A DNA stretch of 64,000 nt from an uncultured bacterium (GTDB taxonomy: Bacteria > Patescibacteriota > Minisyncoccia > Phycocordibacterales > Phycocordibacteraceae), in NCBI GenBank assembly GCA_963851445.1, contig CAWKPH010000001.1:425363-489362 (forward strand). The letters run 5' to 3'. Under the pieces are notes generated by a model that saw nothing but the letters and a program-made list of their open reading frames with translations, ran no database searches and had not been told where the DNA came from. Both the position numbers and the translations under genes were made by a program. Shown in pieces: positions 10,337 through 20,001 of the stretch (the first letter of the stretch is position 1; each line of letters starts with the position of its first letter).

Positions 10337-12505
10337 ATGACTAAAACCGTCCGATGGGCTGTACTGGGGGCACTCTTTATTATTCCATTTCTTCCGCTCG
10401 TTGTTTTCAATGGTTTTTTCTTCCCGTTCATTACGGGTAAGAATTTCGCCTTTCGCATCCTTGTTGAGATAGCGTTTGTTGGGTGGATTCTACTTGCGCT
10501 TGTTGATAAAAAATACCTTCCGCGTTTCTCATGGACGTTGGTACTCTACGGTGGGCTTGTCGTGTGGATGGCAATTGCGGATGCGTTTGCCGTAAACTCT
10601 GCAAAGGCGTTCTGGAGTAACTTTGAGCGTATGGACGGTTGGATTACGCTCATTCACGTGTTCCTCTTCTTTGTGGTCGCAGGCGCTGTGCTATCTGCAG
10701 ATAACTTATGGCGCAAGTGGTGGTTGACCTTTCTTGGGGGAGCGACCCTTGTATGTCTGTACGCGGTGTTACAGGTGTTTGGCATCTTTGCCATTCATCA
10801 GGGTGGAGCGCGCGTAGATGCGACGTTTGGTAACGCAGAATATCTCGCCGCATATTTGCTGTTTGCTATTGCAATTTCGATCTGGCAGGCATTTGAGGCG
10901 AAGGAGAAAAGGTGGCTTCGCTACTCGCTCATAGCTCTTACGTTGCTTGAATTACTCATTTTATACTACACAGCAACGCGCGGTGCCATCCTTGGACTTG
11001 TGGCAGCGGCTGGGTTAGGGGCTCTCCTATGGATGTTTGAAGCGGGAAAGACAAGTCGTCGCTACGGGGCAGCCGCACTCGTCATAATCGTGCTGCTCTC
11101 AGGTGGGTTTTTCCTTATTCGCAACAGTGCTTTTGTTCAACATGATCCGACGTTAAATCGTATTGGTTCCATCTCACCTTCTGACGGAGCGACGCGCTTT
11201 ACCATATGGAGTATGGCTTATGAAGGCTTTCTCGCACGCCCAATCACTGGCTGGGGACAGGAAGGTTTTAATTACGTATTCAACCAATACTACAACCCGA
11301 CCCTCTATGCTCAGGAACAATGGTTCGATCGCGCCCATGACATCTATCTCGACTGGCTTGTCGCCGGCGGGCTCCCAGCACTTTTGCTGTTCCTTGGCGT
11401 TCTCGCAAGTATGATCGTCAGCTTCTATCGAAGCAAGACTATTACGAAGACCGAACGCATCATGCTCATCTCGGCACTCGCCGCATACTGTTTCCAAGGC
11501 ATCTTCGTATTCGACAATCTATTCACCTACGTGCCGCTTGCGATGATTCTCGCGATGGCGCACGATGCCTCGTCGCGCCCGATAGCGAAACTTGATACAT
11601 GGAAAGAGCTCTCTGAAAGTACTTTCAATACACTTGCCATCCCGCTCGGGTTGATTGCACTCGTTCTTGTCCTATGGATTGTAAATGTACCAAATGTGCG
11701 AGCAGCAACCGATCTTATTACCGCGATCACGCCTACTGCCGATCCGACAAGCAATATTGCAGTATTCAAGCAGACCTATGCCGACGGGTCATTTGGGGAT
11801 CAGGAAATATCGGAACAGCTTGCTAGTTATGCTGAGCAGGTAGTCTCTGACCAGACTATTTCAAATGCCGACAAGGTAGCCGTTATGACCTATGCACTTC
11901 AGCAGATGCAAATGGAAGTGAATCTTATACCCAAAGATGCTCGTCTTCGGCTCGAATTTGCCATTGCTCTACGCGCAGCAGGAGAATATAACGATGCACT
12001 CACACAAATACATATGGCGGAACAACTTTCACCAACAAAGCAGACAATTCTCGAAGAAGAAGCAATTGAAGAGTGGGATTTAGGAAATAATGCCGCTGCA
12101 TTGGCGGTTCTCACTAAGGCATATCAATTAGATACTTCCGACACCGACACTGCTACATACGAGGCCGCAGCAGATATCATCGATGGAAATATCACAGGGG
12201 GTAAACAATTGTTGCAGCAGGTGTTTAGTACGACTACGGTCGACAATAATGTCCTCGTGGTCGCCTATTACCAGGCAAAGGATTTCCCTGATTTGCTTGA
12301 TGTTCTTGAGAGACAGGTAGTTGATCAGGATAATGCGGCGAGTGCAGAATTCCAGCTTGGAGAGGCATATGCTGATGCAGGAGACATCTCCGATGCCCGA
12401 ACTGAAATCCAGATGGCTATCTCTCAACATCCTGATGTCGCGTCGCAGGGAGCTTCTATCCTAGCGCAAATTCCGGAAGCGGCCTCCACGACAGTATCTA
12501 AATAA
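10337..12505 (+). CDS. O-antigen ligase/O-oligosaccharyltransferase-family membrane protein with C-terminal TPR-like repeats
   Basis: Many TM helices, ATFGNAEY, TATRGA, RFTIW, RPITGWG, DRAHDIYLD (Wzy_C); helical Ala-rich C-terminus. Confidence 0.85.
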   Translation: MTKTVRWAVLGALFIIPFLPLVVFNGFFFPFITGKNFAFRILVEIAFVGWILLALVDKKYLPRFSWTLVLYGGLVVWMAIADAFAVNSAKAFWSNFERMDGWITLIHVFLFFVVAGAVLSADNLWRKWWLTFLGGATLVCLYAVLQVFGIFAIHQGGARVDATFGNAEYLAAYLLFAIAISIWQAFEAKEKRWLRYSLIALTLLELLILYYTATRGAILGLVAAAGLGALLWMFEAGKTSRRYGAAALVIIVLLSGGFFLIRNSAFVQHDPTLNRIGSISPSDGATRFTIWSMAYEGFLARPITGWGQEGFNYVFNQYYNPTLYAQEQWFDRAHDIYLDWLVAGGLPALLLFLGVLASMIVSFYRSKTITKTERIMLISALAAYCFQGIFVFDNLFTYVPLAMILAMAHDASSRPIAKLDTWKELSESTFNTLAIPLGLIALVLVLWIVNVPNVRAATDLITAITPTADPTSNIAVFKQTYADGSFGDQEISEQLASYAEQVVSDQTISNADKVAVMTYALQQMQMEVNLIPKDARLRLEFAIALRAAGEYNDALTQIHMAEQLSPTKQTILEEEAIEEWDLGNNAAALAVLTKAYQLDTSDTDTATYEAAADIIDGNITGGKQLLQQVFSTTTVDNNVLVVAYYQAKDFPDLLDVLERQVVDQDNAASAEFQLGEAYADAGDISDARTEIQMAISQHPDVASQGASILAQIPEAASTTVSK

Positions 12506-12555
12506 AGAATTCCCAAGATAGTCGCGTAAGCGGCAACTATTGATACTATGGGTAG

Positions 12556-13563
12556 ATGACCCTCCGTGAACAAATACCTCTCGCTACTCTCACAACGTTC
12601 AAGGTAGGAGGAAACGCTATGTATGTAGCAGAATGTGAAAATGAAAAAGACGTACAAGCGGCCATCTTGTTTTCAGAGAAGCACGGCCTGCCGTGGTATG
12701 TGATCGGTGGTGGAAGCAATATACTCGCTTCTGATGAAGGCTATAAAGGAGTAATTCTCCATATAAAAGTGGCAGGTATTTCTTTCGAACAAGATAACGG
12801 AGTTATGCGTGTACTTGCTGGTGCAGGAGTACTCTGGGACAAATTGGTTGAGGAAGCGGTGACTCGAGAGTTGTGGGGGCTTGAGAATCTCGCAGGTATC
12901 CCGGGAACCGTAGGGGGCGCACCGGTACAGAACATTGGTGCATATGGCGCCGATGTATCGGAGACTCTTCTGTATGTCGATGCTTTTGATTTGCGAACGC
13001 GACAACTTATGCGATTTACTAAGATGGAATGTTCATTTGGATATCGTGAAAGCCGTTTCAAGCATGACCCTTCACTTATTATCGTACGTGTTGCATTTGG
13101 CCTGAACACACAGGGCACACCACGCGTCGAATATGCGGATCTCACGACCCGCGCACAGGAAGGGGCAATGCTGGATTCGCCGCTTGCCATAGCGACTATC
13201 GTTCGTGAGATTCGATCCAAGAAATTTCCTGATCTTTCACATAGTGGAACTGCGGGCTCGTTCTTCAAGAACCCCACGATCACTCTCCAGGAATATACGG
13301 CACTTCAGTCAAAATACCCAAACATTAAGGGCTTTGTTTCAAATGACAGCGTCAAAGTGTCTTTGGCGTGGATACTCGATCACATCCTGCATATGAAAGG
13401 CTTCAAGAAGGGCGCAGCAAGATTGTATGAACAGCAGCCGCTAGTGCTCGTTGCCGATAGTAAAGCAACACAGAGAGAGGTTAGTGCGCTAGCTCAAGAA
13501 GTTACGAAGCGCGTATATGAGGCAACAGGCATTACGATTGAACCAGAAGTGCGCAGCTTGTAA
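12556..13563 (+). CDS. murB: UDP-N-acetylmuramate dehydrogenase
   Basis: GGGSNIL, GLENLAGIPGTVGGAPVQNIGAYG, FGYRESRFK, AGSFFKNP, IEPEV. Confidence 0.97.
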   Translation: MTLREQIPLATLTTFKVGGNAMYVAECENEKDVQAAILFSEKHGLPWYVIGGGSNILASDEGYKGVILHIKVAGISFEQDNGVMRVLAGAGVLWDKLVEEAVTRELWGLENLAGIPGTVGGAPVQNIGAYGADVSETLLYVDAFDLRTRQLMRFTKMECSFGYRESRFKHDPSLIIVRVAFGLNTQGTPRVEYADLTTRAQEGAMLDSPLAIATIVREIRSKKFPDLSHSGTAGSFFKNPTITLQEYTALQSKYPNIKGFVSNDSVKVSLAWILDHILHMKGFKKGAARLYEQQPLVLVADSKATQREVSALAQEVTKRVYEATGITIEPEVRSL

Positions 13564-13613
13564 CTCGCTGCAAAAATAAATTTGTAATCGCTCTCTATTT
13601 CGCGCACACAAAG

Positions 13614-13622
13614 TTATCCACA
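13614..13622 (+). promoter_or_regulatory. DnaA box TTATCCACA
   Basis: Perfect consensus 9-mer in intergenic DNA. Confidence 0.55.
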
Positions 13623-13682
13623 CAATTCTTTTTTACTCTCACAAAAATTCTCTACACGCGTAATAATAGTTGCATACACATC

Positions 13683-13733
13683 CGCGCACATAAAATCTTT
13701 TACAGAGTACCCTTGAAAGATTTTATGTGCGCG
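13683..13733. repeat. Perfect 18-bp inverted repeat with 15-bp spacer
   Basis: CGCGCACATAAAATCTTT (13683-13700) and AAAGATTTTATGTGCGCG (13716-13733). Confidence 0.9.
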
Positions 13734-13773
13734 AATGGGTCGACATTAGTCATAGTTCACTTCACCTAAACCT

Positions 13774-13869
13774 ATGGCAGCAAAAAAGAGGAGCGCTAAG
13801 AAGAAAACTGCAAAGAAGGCAGCAAAGCGCCCAGCAAAGAAGGCAGCAAAGCGAAAGAAGCGCATCTAG
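13774..13869 (+). CDS. 31-aa Lys/Ala/Arg-rich histone-H1-like peptide (not in ORF track)
   Basis: Translates to MAAKKRSAKKKTAKKAAKRPAKKAAKRKKRI*; followed immediately by a terminator. Confidence 0.75.
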   Translation: MAAKKRSAKKKTAKKAAKRPAKKAAKRKKRI

Positions 13870-13874
13870 CGCAA

Positions 13875-13908
13875 AACAAAAGAGGCTCCGTATGGAGCCT
13901 CTTTTGTT
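13875..13908. terminator. Bidirectional intrinsic terminator
   Basis: AACAAAAGAGGCTCC-gtat-GGAGCCTCTTTTGTT between convergent genes. Confidence 0.9.
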
Positions 13909-14560
13909 ACGTACGCATATCACTCTTTTTCCATTCGACCAATTTCCCTGCCTTGCGTTCCATAGCATCTGCGGGCCGTAGGTACCTAAGGTTTTCTTTT
14001 GGGAAGAGGGGTAAATGGGGCACCTTGTCGAGAGTTTCGGCAATATCCCAGAGCTCATCTTCACTCGTTATCCATTTTGTGTCGAAGCGCATGAGTGAAA
14101 AGGGTTTGGAATACGAGCGCAGTGTTTTTTGCCCGTCGTTATCAAGAAAATATTCATGGAAATAGGAAGCCGCCAATTCCCGCACGCTCTTATAAATAGG
14201 ATCGCGGAAACGAAGGGTTGCATGATTCGTTTTACTAATTGCGCCCCAATAGCCATTCCTTTTATAGAGTGTTATCACATGATCGTCGTCAGCAGGATCA
14301 TTGCGTCCGCGCTCAGTCTTCAAATCAAGTAGAAGCGGTTTCTCATCGAGGAGTAAAAGCGCAGCTGCTGCAAGAAATGCGCCTTCGATACAATGAGCTT
14401 TTCTTTCACGTAGTACACGTCGCACTGACATACAGGTCTCCCCCCGCTTTTCATAATTGATCGGGAGTGAATCGAGAAAATCCTGAATTTTAATAGGAGT
14501 CGAGATTTTTTTTAGAACATCTAGCTCTTCGGAAGTTAATCCATATACGCCCGTTTTCAT
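13907..14560 (-). CDS. Transglutaminase-like cysteine protease, vasohibin-like
   Basis: HCIEGA, DHVI, WGAISKT and LRFRDPIYKSVREL match the vasohibin motif order as recalled. Confidence 0.65.
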   Translation of the reverse strand: MKTGVYGLTSEELDVLKKISTPIKIQDFLDSLPINYEKRGETCMSVRRVLRERKAHCIEGAFLAAAALLLLDEKPLLLDLKTERGRNDPADDDHVITLYKRNGYWGAISKTNHATLRFRDPIYKSVRELAASYFHEYFLDNDGQKTLRSYSKPFSLMRFDTKWITSEDELWDIAETLDKVPHLPLFPKENLRYLRPADAMERKAGKLVEWKKSDMRT

Positions 14561-14677
14561 TACCTCAATAGTACTGCATGTATCAAGGCTCTACGAGACG
14601 GAAACTTAATGTGGTAACCGAGGAGCCCAAAGACTGCGAAAATAAGCTGAAAATGATATAGTGGCCTATACTTACGC

Positions 14678-17255
14678 ATGTCGAATTTCCTCGGAAAAAT
14701 GTTCACACAAAACCAATCCGCGACCTTTTTGAAGGTCGCGCGAGGTGTTGTAGATAAGGCAAATAGCCTTGCGGATGAACTCGCAGGCCTTTCCCAAGAA
14801 GAGCTCGCGACTCGGCTCGCCTATATAAAGGAACGAACGACAGGTCCCGAAGGTGATAAGGGCTCCTCGGGGGGTACTATGACCGATGCCGATATCGCAG
14901 AGGTCTTCGCACTTGTCCGTGAAGCCTCAACTCGTACCCTCAAAGAAAGACACTATGACGTCCAACTCATGGGAGGTCTCGCACTCGCAAAAGGCAAGAT
15001 CGGCGAAATGCGCACAGGAGAAGGGAAAACCTTGGTCGCAACACTTGCCGCGACCCTGAGGGCACTTGCGGGCAAAGGTGTACACCTTGTCACCGTCAAC
15101 GATTATCTTGCGCGCCGCGATGCCGCTTGGATGGGCCAGATCTATAGCTACCTCGGTCTTACGCTCGGGGTCGTCACCTCGGGCGGCGCGTACCTCTATG
15201 ATGCTTCACATGTATCAAAAGAAGAAAACGCACAAGTTGATGCCGAAGGCTCATTCAAAGTTTTCTATGACTATCTTCGCCCTGCGACGAAAAAAGAGGC
15301 GTACGCCGCCGACATAACCTATGCGACAAACAACGAACTTGGCTTCGATTATTTACGCGACAATGTCGCCTATGATGCCTCACAACTTGTACAGCGCGGA
15401 CACCATTACGCTATTGTGGATGAAGTTGACTCCATCCTTATCGATGAAGCTCGTACGCCGCTCATCATTTCTGGCCCTGCAGGGGACGCTGAAAGTCTGT
15501 ATGAGAAATTTGCGCAGATTGCTGACCGCCTTGTCCCTGAGGAAGACTATACGGTCGATGAAAAACGCCGCCAGATACAGCTCTCGGATCAAGGCATTGA
15601 AAAAACAGAGCAGGCCCTTGGTATTGAGAATCTGTATACCGAAGGAGGTGTTAAGCTTGCACACCACCTGGAGACGGCCGTAAAGGCAAAGGCATTGTTC
15701 AGAAGGGATAAAGAATACGTGGTGCGCCAAAACGACGGTGGCGGCGAGATTGTCATTGTTGATGAGTTTACCGGACGCCTTCAACCCGGAAGGAGATGGT
15801 CAGAAGGACTCCACCAAGCCATCGAAGCCAAAGAAGGTGTCACCGTGCAGAAGGAAACACGAACGTTCGCTTCGGTGACCTTTCAGAATCTCTTTCGCAT
15901 GTATGACGCTCTTGCTGGCATGACGGGTACTGCCTTGTCGTCCGAAGAAGAATTTTATACGGTATATGGTCTTGAGGTTGTTGTTATTCCAACGAACAAA
16001 GAAGTTCAGCGCAAAGACCATGATGATCTGATTTTCCAATCAGTCACGGGTAAATACCAAGCGCTCGTAAAGCAGGTGAAAGAGCTGAACGAGAAGGGAC
16101 AGCCTGTTTTGGTTGGTACGGTTTCCATCGAAGACAACGAAGTCATTAGTCAATATTTCAAAGATGCAAACATTCCCCATGAAGTGCTAAACGCAAAGAA
16201 TCATGAACGCGAGGGTGAGCTCATTGCGCAGGCTGGTGAAAAGGGAAGAGTAACTGTGGCAACGAATCTCGCTGGCCGTGGCGTCGACATTAAGCTTGGG
16301 GGTGCAGTAGCAACTCCTGAAGCTCGCAGAGGAAGTTCGCTCGCTCGGAGGACTCTTTGTTGTCGGTACCGAACGCCACGAAGCCCGCCGTATCGATAAC
16401 CAATTACGCGGACGTTCGGGTCGTCAGGGCGACCCTGGGGGTACACGCTTTTTTGTTTCACTTGAGGACAAACTCATGCGCGTTTTTGCATCGGATATGG
16501 TGAAGAACATGATGGGCACATTCAAGATTCCCGAGGACGAGGCTATCGAAAGTTCATTTATTACCCGTGCGCTTGAGACTGCGCAGAAACGTATCGAAGG
16601 ATTCAACTTCGATTCGCGTAAACAGACTCTTTCATACGACGATGTCCTTAATACACAGCGTCTTGCTATTTACAACCAACGTCGAATTGCACTCACGGGG
16701 TCAGTTGAGGATCTCGAGGCAATGGTGCTCCCGATGATCACGGGCGACGAAGCCGCACAGACTGCCTATGACGAGAAGCGTGGGGAGTTTGGACTCGAAA
16801 CGTTCGCACTTCTTCTGCGGCGCCTTGTCCTGCAAATCATCGACACCTTTTGGCTCGAACACATTGATATGATGGAATACTTGCGTACAAGTGTGTCACT
16901 GCGTGCGTATGGCCAGCGAGATCCTTTAATTGAGTATCGTCGTGAAGGTTCACAGCGTTTTCAAGCTATGCAAGAAAATATAGCTGCCGCGCTTCGTGAG
17001 ACACTGCCGCGCCTTCAGCCTGCTGATGATTCTAAGATCCGCGAACAAGAAGCAAAAGTTCGTAAGCAAATGGTTGCCGTGTCCGAAGGCAGCGATGAAT
17101 CAGCAAACGCCCCTATACCAGCGCCCATCGTAAAAGGCGTTTCCTATGGTCGCAATGACCTTGTTACCATTCAAAAAGGCAACGAGAGACAAACCCTTAA
17201 GTACAAAAAAGCTGAGGTGTTATTAGAAGACGGCTGGATCATAGCTGCAGACTAA
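14678..17255 (+). CDS. secA: Preprotein translocase SecA (one frameshift near 16320)
   Basis: MRTGEGKT, VDEVDSILIDEARTPLIISG, GRRWSEGLHQAIEAKE, ATNLAGRGVDI; the +1 frame continues GGLFVVGTERHEARRIDNQLRGRSGRQGDPG into ORF 16476-17255. Confidence 0.96.
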
Positions 17256-17333
17256 AATTACAACTAGCATAATTTGACGGATAGGGTGGCGCCTCGGGTT
17301 CATATGAGGTAGGGTGTACGTACTATATAGAAT

Positions 17334-18311
17334 ATGGCATTTATCGACGAGATAACAATATATGCATCAGCAGGGCACGGTGGCGCAGGCGTCGTGCGGT
17401 GGCTCCATATCAAAGGTAAAGAAAAAGGAGGGCCTGCAGGAGGTGACGGTGGTCGTGGTGGTCACATTATTCTCGAAGGTGTGCGCGATCTCGCAGCACT
17501 TTCGACCTATCGATATGACAAAAAATTTAAGGCAGAGAATGGAAAATCAGGTGACAACAATAACAAACATGGCAGAGACGGGAAAGATGTAATACTCAAA
17601 GTTCCAATCGGAACGGTTGCAAGAAACACGACGACGGGTGAGATCTATGAGATTCTTAAAGCAAAAGAACAAAAGATCATATTCAAAGGAGGTCCTGGAG
17701 GTTTTGGCAATAGCCACTTTAAAAGCTCGACAAATCAAAATCCATACGAGTCTACGCTTGGAAAACCGGGCCAAGGTGGGGATATCCACATAACCCTAAA
17801 AATGATCGCTGATGTTGGATTCATCGGTTTCCCGAATGCCGGCAAGTCCTCGCTCCTCAATGCTTTAACACGCGCGCAGTCGAAAGTGGGTGCCTACCCG
17901 TTTACAACACTTGAACCCCACCTCGGGGAACTGTACGGATATCTTCTCGCTGACATTCCAGGACTAATTGAGGGTGCTTCAAGTGGCAAGGGACTAGGTT
18001 CTAAATTCTTGCGACACATCGAGCGCACTAGATTAATTGCACATCTCGTCTCGGCTGAACAAGAAGACCCTGTCGCAGCCTATATAAAAATACGCAGTGA
18101 ACTTGAGAGGTTCGGTCATGGATTATCCGAGAAACAAGAACTTATAGTGCTCTCGAAGAGCGATATGTTGACACCAAAAGAGCATGATCGGATTAAAAAA
18201 GAACTTGAAAAAGGCTCAGGGAAAGAGGTTGTCTCGGTCACGATTCTGGATGATGAGGCGCTGAAGGCATTTTCGAACAAACTAATGCAGCTCCTTGGTG
18301 AGGGTCAATAG
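17334..18311 (+). CDS. obgE: GTPase ObgE
   Basis: FIDE..I..GHGG, GGPAGGDGGRGG, GFPNAGKSS, YPFTTL, DIPGLIEGAS.GKGLG..FLRHIER. Confidence 0.97.
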   Translation: MAFIDEITIYASAGHGGAGVVRWLHIKGKEKGGPAGGDGGRGGHIILEGVRDLAALSTYRYDKKFKAENGKSGDNNNKHGRDGKDVILKVPIGTVARNTTTGEIYEILKAKEQKIIFKGGPGGFGNSHFKSSTNQNPYESTLGKPGQGGDIHITLKMIADVGFIGFPNAGKSSLLNALTRAQSKVGAYPFTTLEPHLGELYGYLLADIPGLIEGASSGKGLGSKFLRHIERTRLIAHLVSAEQEDPVAAYIKIRSELERFGHGLSEKQELIVLSKSDMLTPKEHDRIKKELEKGSGKEVVSVTILDDEALKAFSNKLMQLLGEGQ

Positions 18312-18333
18312 CCCGAAAACTATCCTGCATGGG

Positions 18334-18363
18334 TTGCGAGAAAAGAGCTGTTCGCGCTAAGCT
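18334..18363 (+). promoter_or_regulatory. Putative sigma70 promoter for leaderless gatB
   Basis: TTGCGA-N18-TAAGCT, 6 nt before ATG 18370. Confidence 0.5.
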
Positions 18364-18369
18364 GGGCGC

Positions 18370-19899
18370 ATGGAAGTGAAGAACTTGTATTCAGCAAATG
18401 GCAACAGCGAGATTGAATTGACCGATTCATCCCCCCACTCCGGATACCAACTTACGGTTGGCCTTGAAATACATGCAGAACTTCGCACAAAAACGAAAAT
18501 GTTTTGTGACTGCGCAAATGATCCAGAGGAGAGCAAACCGAATGTGAATGTATGCCCGATATGTGTGGCACACCCAGGAACACTCCCCACGATTAACCGT
18601 ACTGCCGTACATCACGTGCTGCGCGTTGGTAGTGCGATTGGAGGAAATCTATCCGATTATACAGAGTTCGATCGCAAGAGTTATTTTTATCCGGACATAC
18701 CAAAGGGATACCAAATTAGTCAGTATGAACATCCCCTTATATCAGGAGGATCGCTCGTAGGCGTACCGGTAACTCGAATTCATCTTGAAGAAGACACAGC
18801 GCGCTCTTCGCACCATGATTCTCGTAGTAAGGATTCGGAAGGGAATGTATCTGAAAAATCTAGTCGTAGCATTGTGGATTTCAATCGGGCTGGCGTACCG
18901 CTCATGGAGCTCGTCACCGAACCGGAGATACATGACGCCAGGACAGCAGGGGAGTTTGCACGCGAATTACAACTACTTCTTCGAACGCTCGGCGCATCCG
19001 ATGCCAATCTTGAAAAAGGGGAGATGCGTATAGAAGCAAATATTTCTATATCAAAGACAAATGAGCTAGGAACAAAAGTCGAGGTCAAGAACCTTAATTC
19101 ATTTCGTTCAGTCGAGCGAGCGATCGCATTTGAAATTGATCGTCAAAGTAAGGTTCTTGATGGGGGAGGAAAAGTTGTTCAGGAAACACGTGGTTGGGAT
19201 GAAGATATGCAGCATACGTTCTCACAGCGTCTCAAAGAGGGGAGTGCTGATTATCGCTATTTCCCGGAGCCAGATCTACCGAAACTTGTACTCTCTAAAA
19301 TTCCTGAGTTCTCTCACGAAACGCTCGTGGCTTCTCTACCGGAGCTGCCATGGGATCGTAGAGCGCGCTATGGCGGGCTTGGTCTCAAAGAAACCGACGC
19401 GACATTTTTGATGGATACGAAAAAACGAAGCGAATTTTTTGACGCCGTACTTGAGAAGCTTTTGGTACAGAAGAATGCACGGGAGTTAATAACGCTTGCA
19501 GTGAATTACATAGTTTCCGATCTTGGTGGCTACTATGCAAAAAATACGAGCGAGGAATTTTCGAATATTTCTCCCGACACATTTATCGAACTTATAACTA
19601 TGCTTAGCGCGAATGAGCTCTCCTCACGGGGCGCTAAGGATGTGCTTACGGTTATGGCGCAGACTGGTGGAAATCCCAAAAAAATTGCAAGCGATAAGCA
19701 TCTTTTACAAGTGAGCGATCCACAGATTCTACGGACAAGCGTACAGGAGGTCATGGCAGCGAATCCAGAGGTTGTCGAGGAGTACCGATCGGGTAAGGAG
19801 TCTGTCCTACAATTTCTTGTGGGGCAGTCGATGAAGGCAACCAAGGGAGCAGGCAATCCAGAGATCCTTCGGAAAATTCTTCTCGAGGAGCTTTCGTAA
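18370..19899 (+). CDS. gatB: Asp/Glu-tRNA amidotransferase subunit B
   Basis: VGLEIHAEL.TKTKMFC, FDRKSYFYPD.PKGYQISQ, HLEED, VDFNRAGVPLMELVTEP, DYRYFPEPDLP. Confidence 0.97.
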   Translation: MEVKNLYSANGNSEIELTDSSPHSGYQLTVGLEIHAELRTKTKMFCDCANDPEESKPNVNVCPICVAHPGTLPTINRTAVHHVLRVGSAIGGNLSDYTEFDRKSYFYPDIPKGYQISQYEHPLISGGSLVGVPVTRIHLEEDTARSSHHDSRSKDSEGNVSEKSSRSIVDFNRAGVPLMELVTEPEIHDARTAGEFARELQLLLRTLGASDANLEKGEMRIEANISISKTNELGTKVEVKNLNSFRSVERAIAFEIDRQSKVLDGGGKVVQETRGWDEDMQHTFSQRLKEGSADYRYFPEPDLPKLVLSKIPEFSHETLVASLPELPWDRRARYGGLGLKETDATFLMDTKKRSEFFDAVLEKLLVQKNARELITLAVNYIVSDLGGYYAKNTSEEFSNISPDTFIELITMLSANELSSRGAKDVLTVMAQTGGNPKKIASDKHLLQVSDPQILRTSVQEVMAANPEVVEEYRSGKESVLQFLVGQSMKATKGAGNPEILRKILLEELS

Positions 19900-20001
19900 C
19901 AAAGAGAATGAGGAAAGTGATTTACGGCACTGTATTTTTCAGAATTTTCAATCTGTTGATAAACTTCTTTATTCGAGACAAGAAAACTATATAATTCAAA
20001 G

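Noticed and set aside
13727-14064. Track ORFs 13727-13981 (+) and 13762-14064 (-)
   Set aside because: Off-frame or antisense readings of the 31-aa basic peptide that run through the terminator
16310-16330. Programmed frameshift in secA
   Set aside because: No slippery site; a single-base read error is simpler
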